From Opitutaceae bacterium (lineage in GTDB: Bacteria; Verrucomicrobiota; Verrucomicrobiia; Opitutales; Coraliomargaritaceae), in the NCBI GenBank assembly GCA_051252375.1, contig JBPOFY010000004.1, forward strand, positions 224,001-288,000: DNA of 64,000 bases, in the 5' to 3' direction. Positions 61,058 through 64,000 of this stretch are shown here, one piece after another; positions within the stretch are counted from its first letter, which is position 1; each line of letters begins with the position of its first letter. A program made the position numbers and the translations under genes. The notes under the pieces were generated by a model, which ran no database searches, was not told the origin of the DNA, and was given only the letters and a program-made list of their open reading frames with translations.

Positions 61058-61130
61058 AGCCCTTAAAACTGACCGAACACAGCAATCAAATCAATGACGA
61101 AGCCACGCCAGCTAAGTTGCTCACGCAAAT

Positions 61131-61172
61131 TCAGATGTAGCGGCGCTTGCCCCTAAGCGCCACACGTCAGAG
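61131..61172 (+). repeat. GTAG-type REP element, copy 2
   Basis: tcagatGTAGc-ggcgctt-gcccct-aagcgcc-acacgtcagag. Confidence 0.75.
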
Positions 61173-61274
61173 TTAGCCTGTCCTTCAGTTTTTTCTCTGT
61201 GCACTTCGTGTTCTCTAGCGTAGCGAGTGGTTCAAATTTATTCAGCTTTCAACCCGTATCGAGAAGGCGGGAAA

Positions 61275-61316
61275 AAGATGACATGAGAGTAAGTCCACTT
61301 CACCGCCTAGCTGGAC
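61275..61316 (-). other. Decayed attC remnant after last cassette (distal boundary uncertain)
   Basis: GTCCAGC right after stop (5/7 match to GTTCAAC, complement of this cassette's GTTGAAC core), then taggcggtg; shares tactctcat with the next attC. Confidence 0.4.
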
Positions 61317-61871
61317 TTAGATCTCATCGTCGATGAGCAGCATTTCCATCATCTGCTCACCATAAATCCATGCCTGATTAAACTCCGCTGTAGGTGCTTC
61401 AAAGAAGAAATAATACAAAGTCCCGGTATTGGGATTTATAATAAATAAGTGATGAATCGTGGTAGATACGCCAGCGACTATACCCTCACTACGGAAACCA
61501 TAAGATTTAAATGGCCCCATATCCCTCGTCCATTCTTCTAGGACTTTCCCCTTTTTTGAATAACCCGCCTTGAAGTCATAAATGAAACGAACTGGCTCGA
61601 TTCCTTTTTTTGCTCGAAACGATTTGAATACATTCAGAGACAAGCCCGTTTCGAATGATCCACGATCACCAACAATTTTTTCTTTAGTAATAAAAAATCC
61701 CATCGTGTCAGGGCGACTGACTGACTTCTTATGCCAACCATCGGGGACTAGAAAGGCTCCTTTTAAAGGTTCAATTTCCCACCACGTGAATCCTTCTTTC
61801 TTTGGTAAATCCATCGCTCCTAAAGCGAGGGGCAATATCAGCAATAGTATGGAGGCGATGATTCGATTCAT
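61317..61871 (-). CDS. Cassette-borne exported hypothetical protein
   Basis: Signal peptide; ATG 2 nt after GTTGAAC core. Confidence 0.75.
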   Translation of the reverse strand: MNRIIASILLLILPLALGAMDLPKKEGFTWWEIEPLKGAFLVPDGWHKKSVSRPDTMGFFITKEKIVGDRGSFETGLSLNVFKSFRAKKGIEPVRFIYDFKAGYSKKGKVLEEWTRDMGPFKSYGFRSEGIVAGVSTTIHHLFIINPNTGTLYYFFFEAPTAEFNQAWIYGEQMMEMLLIDDEI

Positions 61872-61873
61872 TG

Positions 61874-61929
61874 GTTCAACGTTAAGGATGAGAGTAGCGA
61901 AAAATAATACTCACTCCGACCTGTTCACT
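61874..61929 (-). other. attC site (56 bp)
   Basis: AGTGAAC-aggtc-GGAGTGAG-N17-CTCATCC-ttaac-GTTGAAC: 7-5-8...7-5-7 layout, L boxes pair with one extra G. Confidence 0.85.
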
Positions 61930-62471
61930 ACGGAGTCGATAGCGCTCCGCCACTGGTCGAGAGTTTCCACATTTCTCAATTTTTCCTCGAATTCATATAC
62001 TTTGGTCATTCTCTCCAAATTGGTCACATCTTCCCAATAGTCGAACGTCATATCCTTAGGGAACCACTCATCCACTAAGACCATTGTTCTTTTAAACAGC
62101 TCTGTATCATCAAAATGATATGAAAGCATCATCGCCGTCTGTAGGATTTGTTTCCTCTCTCTAAAAAGCTTTCCTTCGTCAGTCGATCCGCATCCGATAC
62201 CGTCTCCCCATAGGCCTCCAAAAGAACGCCCAAATCCTCCGGTTTTAAATGTATGCACGCAAGGAGACCCGAATACCGCTTCATACTCTTTAAAGCCTTC
62301 AGATGTCAGTTTTTCATTCTTTCGATAGGTAATACCTGCAAACTTATCTTCGACGATGTGATAATCCTTGAGGCAAGAAATGCAGGTGTAGCCGTAGTCA
62401 TAGGTGGAGAATAAGAGACCTCCGAAAAAGATCCCTAGGATAATGACAGCGACAAGCAGGATTTTTTTCAT
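61911..62471 (-). CDS. Cassette-borne hypothetical protein with N-terminal TM/signal
   Basis: MKKILL start; CxxC near N-terminus; stop codon lies inside the downstream attC. Confidence 0.72.
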   Translation of the reverse strand: MKKILLVAVIILGIFFGGLLFSTYDYGYTCISCLKDYHIVEDKFAGITYRKNEKLTSEGFKEYEAVFGSPCVHTFKTGGFGRSFGGLWGDGIGCGSTDEGKLFRERKQILQTAMMLSYHFDDTELFKRTMVLVDEWFPKDMTFDYWEDVTNLERMTKVYEFEEKLRNVETLDQWRSAIDSVVNRSE

Positions 62472-62474
62472 TGT

Positions 62475-62537
62475 GGTGAATGCAGAGAACTCTGGCACGA
62501 CACATTAGCGACATTGTCCAGAAGCGCTTAATTGGCT
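62475..62537 (-). other. Degenerate attC site
   Basis: AGCCAAT-taagc-GCTTCTGG...CCAGAGT-tctctgc-ATTCACC; L boxes pair imperfectly, right spacer is 7 nt and core is ATT. Confidence 0.6.
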
Positions 62538-62543
62538 TAATTG

Positions 62544-63251
62544 TTAATCGACTATGCCACCCTCACTCTTAAGGACTTCCGATGCTCGATTTCGTATTCG
62601 TTTTGCGACCGCCTCCTCACCATTGAACTCTCCGAGCAAGGCAAGCTGCTCGGTTTCTTTCTTAAAACTGTCCTTCACCCATTGAATATGCTCACTATCT
62701 TTGAACATGCCATAGTCTCGAAGGTAGTCTGAGTATACGTTTCGATATTCTTCATCCACATCTGTAATATGCCTGTTGATCAGGTCGTATTGCTTTTGAT
62801 CGAAAGCAAGGTCTTTGGCTATAATCCACAAGCGATCAACCTGCTCCGGATTATTTGATTCAACTTTTTTAAATAGATCTAAGGTTCTTTTGTCTTCTTT
62901 CAGCGCTCTATTAATGCCGCTAACATCATGAAACAGCCCAAAAGACCCTTCGCCATCTAATATCCTTTTTTCTTTCTGGTCCCTGATTTCTTTGAGCTTT
63001 TCCAATGCCGGAGGGTATTGCTGACCAAGCTCAACCCAATAGCTCAAAGCAAACGACAAGCGCACTCCTGTCATCGAAGGCTGATGCTCTAAAGCGTGTT
63101 CGTGAAACCAGACATGTCTTTCTAGCGCTTTCTCGTAGTCGCCTTCTTTTGTTATTTCGACTGTTTCTTGGAGATATTTCTGCATATCCTCCGCCTGAAT
63201 GTTAACAGCAGCAAATATGATTAACAGTGAGATTAGATTTAATGTTTTCAT
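62544..63251 (-). CDS. Cassette-borne exported alpha-helical hypothetical protein
   Basis: Signal peptide; ATG 11 nt after GTTGGTC core. Confidence 0.75.
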   Translation of the reverse strand: MKTLNLISLLIIFAAVNIQAEDMQKYLQETVEITKEGDYEKALERHVWFHEHALEHQPSMTGVRLSFALSYWVELGQQYPPALEKLKEIRDQKEKRILDGEGSFGLFHDVSGINRALKEDKRTLDLFKKVESNNPEQVDRLWIIAKDLAFDQKQYDLINRHITDVDEEYRNVYSDYLRDYGMFKDSEHIQWVKDSFKKETEQLALLGEFNGEEAVAKRIRNRASEVLKSEGGIVD

Positions 63252-63262
63252 AATACTTTTCT

Positions 63263-63315
63263 GACCAACAGTGCTATATCCGCGACTCAGTCGTGAATAA
63301 CTCGGTTTGCGGATT
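63263..63315 (-). repeat. 53-bp recombination-site-like repeat, copy 1
   Basis: aatccgcaaaccgagttattcacgactgagtcgcggatatagcactGTTGGTC. Confidence 0.7.
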
Positions 63316-63577
63316 GTGACGAATGCATCCCTATAGATTCATTCTGCTTTCTTTCTTTTCTTCTTACGAAAAAGTAGATGAGTGCTCCAATCCAATTCGT
63401 AAGGACGATGACGAGTATCCAGATTAGTTTCTGGTTCTCTTCATTCTTTTCATATTGCAAGCAGTCAACGAGCATCCAAATCCAGAATGCTAGAAAACTA
63501 ATTGAAATCACTCCGCCGATCAGGAGGAACAACACAGGAATGAGTGTGATTACGATGTTAGGTGCGGTTGATTCCAT
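63287..63577 (-). CDS. PLDc N-terminal-domain small membrane protein (cassette)
   Basis: FWIWMLVDC...[21 protein letters not shown]. Confidence 0.8.
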   Translation of the reverse strand: MESTAPNIVITLIPVLFLLIGGVISISFLAFWIWMLVDCLQYEKNEENQKLIWILVIVLTNWIGALIYFFVRRKERKQNESIGMHSSQSANRVIHD

Positions 63578-63587
63578 AATTTCTTTC

Positions 63588-63640
63588 GTCTATTGGTGTC
63601 ATATCCGCGACTCAGTCGCGAACAGCTCGAGGTGTGAATT
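63588..63640 (-). repeat. 53-bp recombination-site-like repeat, copy 2
   Basis: aattcacacctcgagctgttcgcgactgagtcgcggatatgacaccAATAGAC; ungapped alignment to copy 1, 18-nt identical block. Confidence 0.7.
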
Positions 63641-63731
63641 TTTAAAAAATCGAATGCGTTTAAATATGAGCATTAGGGCAATGGCACTTTTCACCTTAAA
63701 ATCAGGGGGTCAGCACCAATCAACCTCTATA

Positions 63732-63759
63732 GGTCTAGTGAAATTAACTAACTGTGCAA
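63732..63759 (-). promoter_or_regulatory. Possible sigma70 promoter facing the cassette array
   Basis: TTGCAC-N16-TAGACC; weak match. Confidence 0.25.
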
Positions 63760-63943
63760 GGGGTATCATTCCGGCAATAACACAGCTCCATGCATTCCCA
63801 CATTACTCCTCCTTCATGCCTCCGCGCACTCCTGAGACTGAAAGGAACGGGTGGTTAAACCACATTAATTCGGCCCAAAACTTCTCTTCAATAACGGTTG
63901 CGCGCGGGCGGGACGCACAATACTGTCCCTCTCTTTCAAAATA

Positions 63944-64000
63944 ATGACTACGGCAAACATACCTTCCGACGCATTCGACAGCATTGAGTCCGCAATCCGC
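63944..64000 (+). CDS. Probable start of DHBP synthase RibB/RibBA (truncated by window edge)
   Basis: MTTANIPSDAFDSIESAIR resembles the FDSIEEAI N-terminus of RibB/RibBA; only 19 codons visible. Confidence 0.5.
   Translation, partial: MTTANIPSDAFDSIESAIR

Larger units (their letters stand above)
61261..63660 (-). mobile_element. Integron-type gene cassette array without adjacent integrase (CALIN-like)
   Basis: Four co-oriented short genes, each starting within about 20 nt of a GTT-type core and followed by attC-like or repeated sites. Confidence 0.75.

Noticed and set aside
63263..63640. Repeats as a CRISPR array
   Set aside because: Only two copies, separated by a whole gene; no cas genes; no CRISPR array seen anywhere in the window
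63660..63943. FMN riboswitch upstream of the ribB-like start
   Set aside because: Conserved RFN sequence blocks not seen
63378..63944. 188-aa plus-strand ORF as a possible integrase remnant
   Set aside because: No tyrosine-recombinase motifs; overlaps a cassette gene and repeat on the opposite strand

Overview
Bacterial chromosomal window. PVC-type families (Minf_1886-like protein, exosortase, AP2 and SET proteins) suggest Verrucomicrobiota, probably Opitutae-like; this is inference. Most of the window is housekeeping: hemY, aroC, hisC, dnaE, tig-clpP-clpX, hpt, PPi-type PEPCK, trpF, glgA, tRNA-Ser(GGA), clpB, nth, pal, a Do protease, PhoH2, rnc, mfd, a SurA-like PPIase and probably the start of ribB/ribBA. 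There is also an exopolysaccharide export module (OM beta-barrel, wza-like, wzc-like, divergent TPR gene). The strongest unexplained structure is at 61.26-63.66 kb: four co-oriented, AT-richer, mostly unknown genes separated by recombination-site-like spacers. These spacers comprise one textbook attC, two decayed attC sites, and two copies of a different 53-bp site at the upstream end. No integrase is adjacent, so this looks like an integrase-less cassette array (CALIN-like) with mixed site types. Other notable items: a divergent pair of exported Ser/His S26 peptidases around a palindrome and IHF-like site next to a LuxR-type regulator; a Wzc with an extra N-terminal Gly/Tyr tract; a stand-alone double-AP2 protein; an orphan Pycsar-type effector; a tRNA-Ser 3'-end repeat element; and GTAG-type REP elements. 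All family calls are from motif recognition by eye; no database searches were run.
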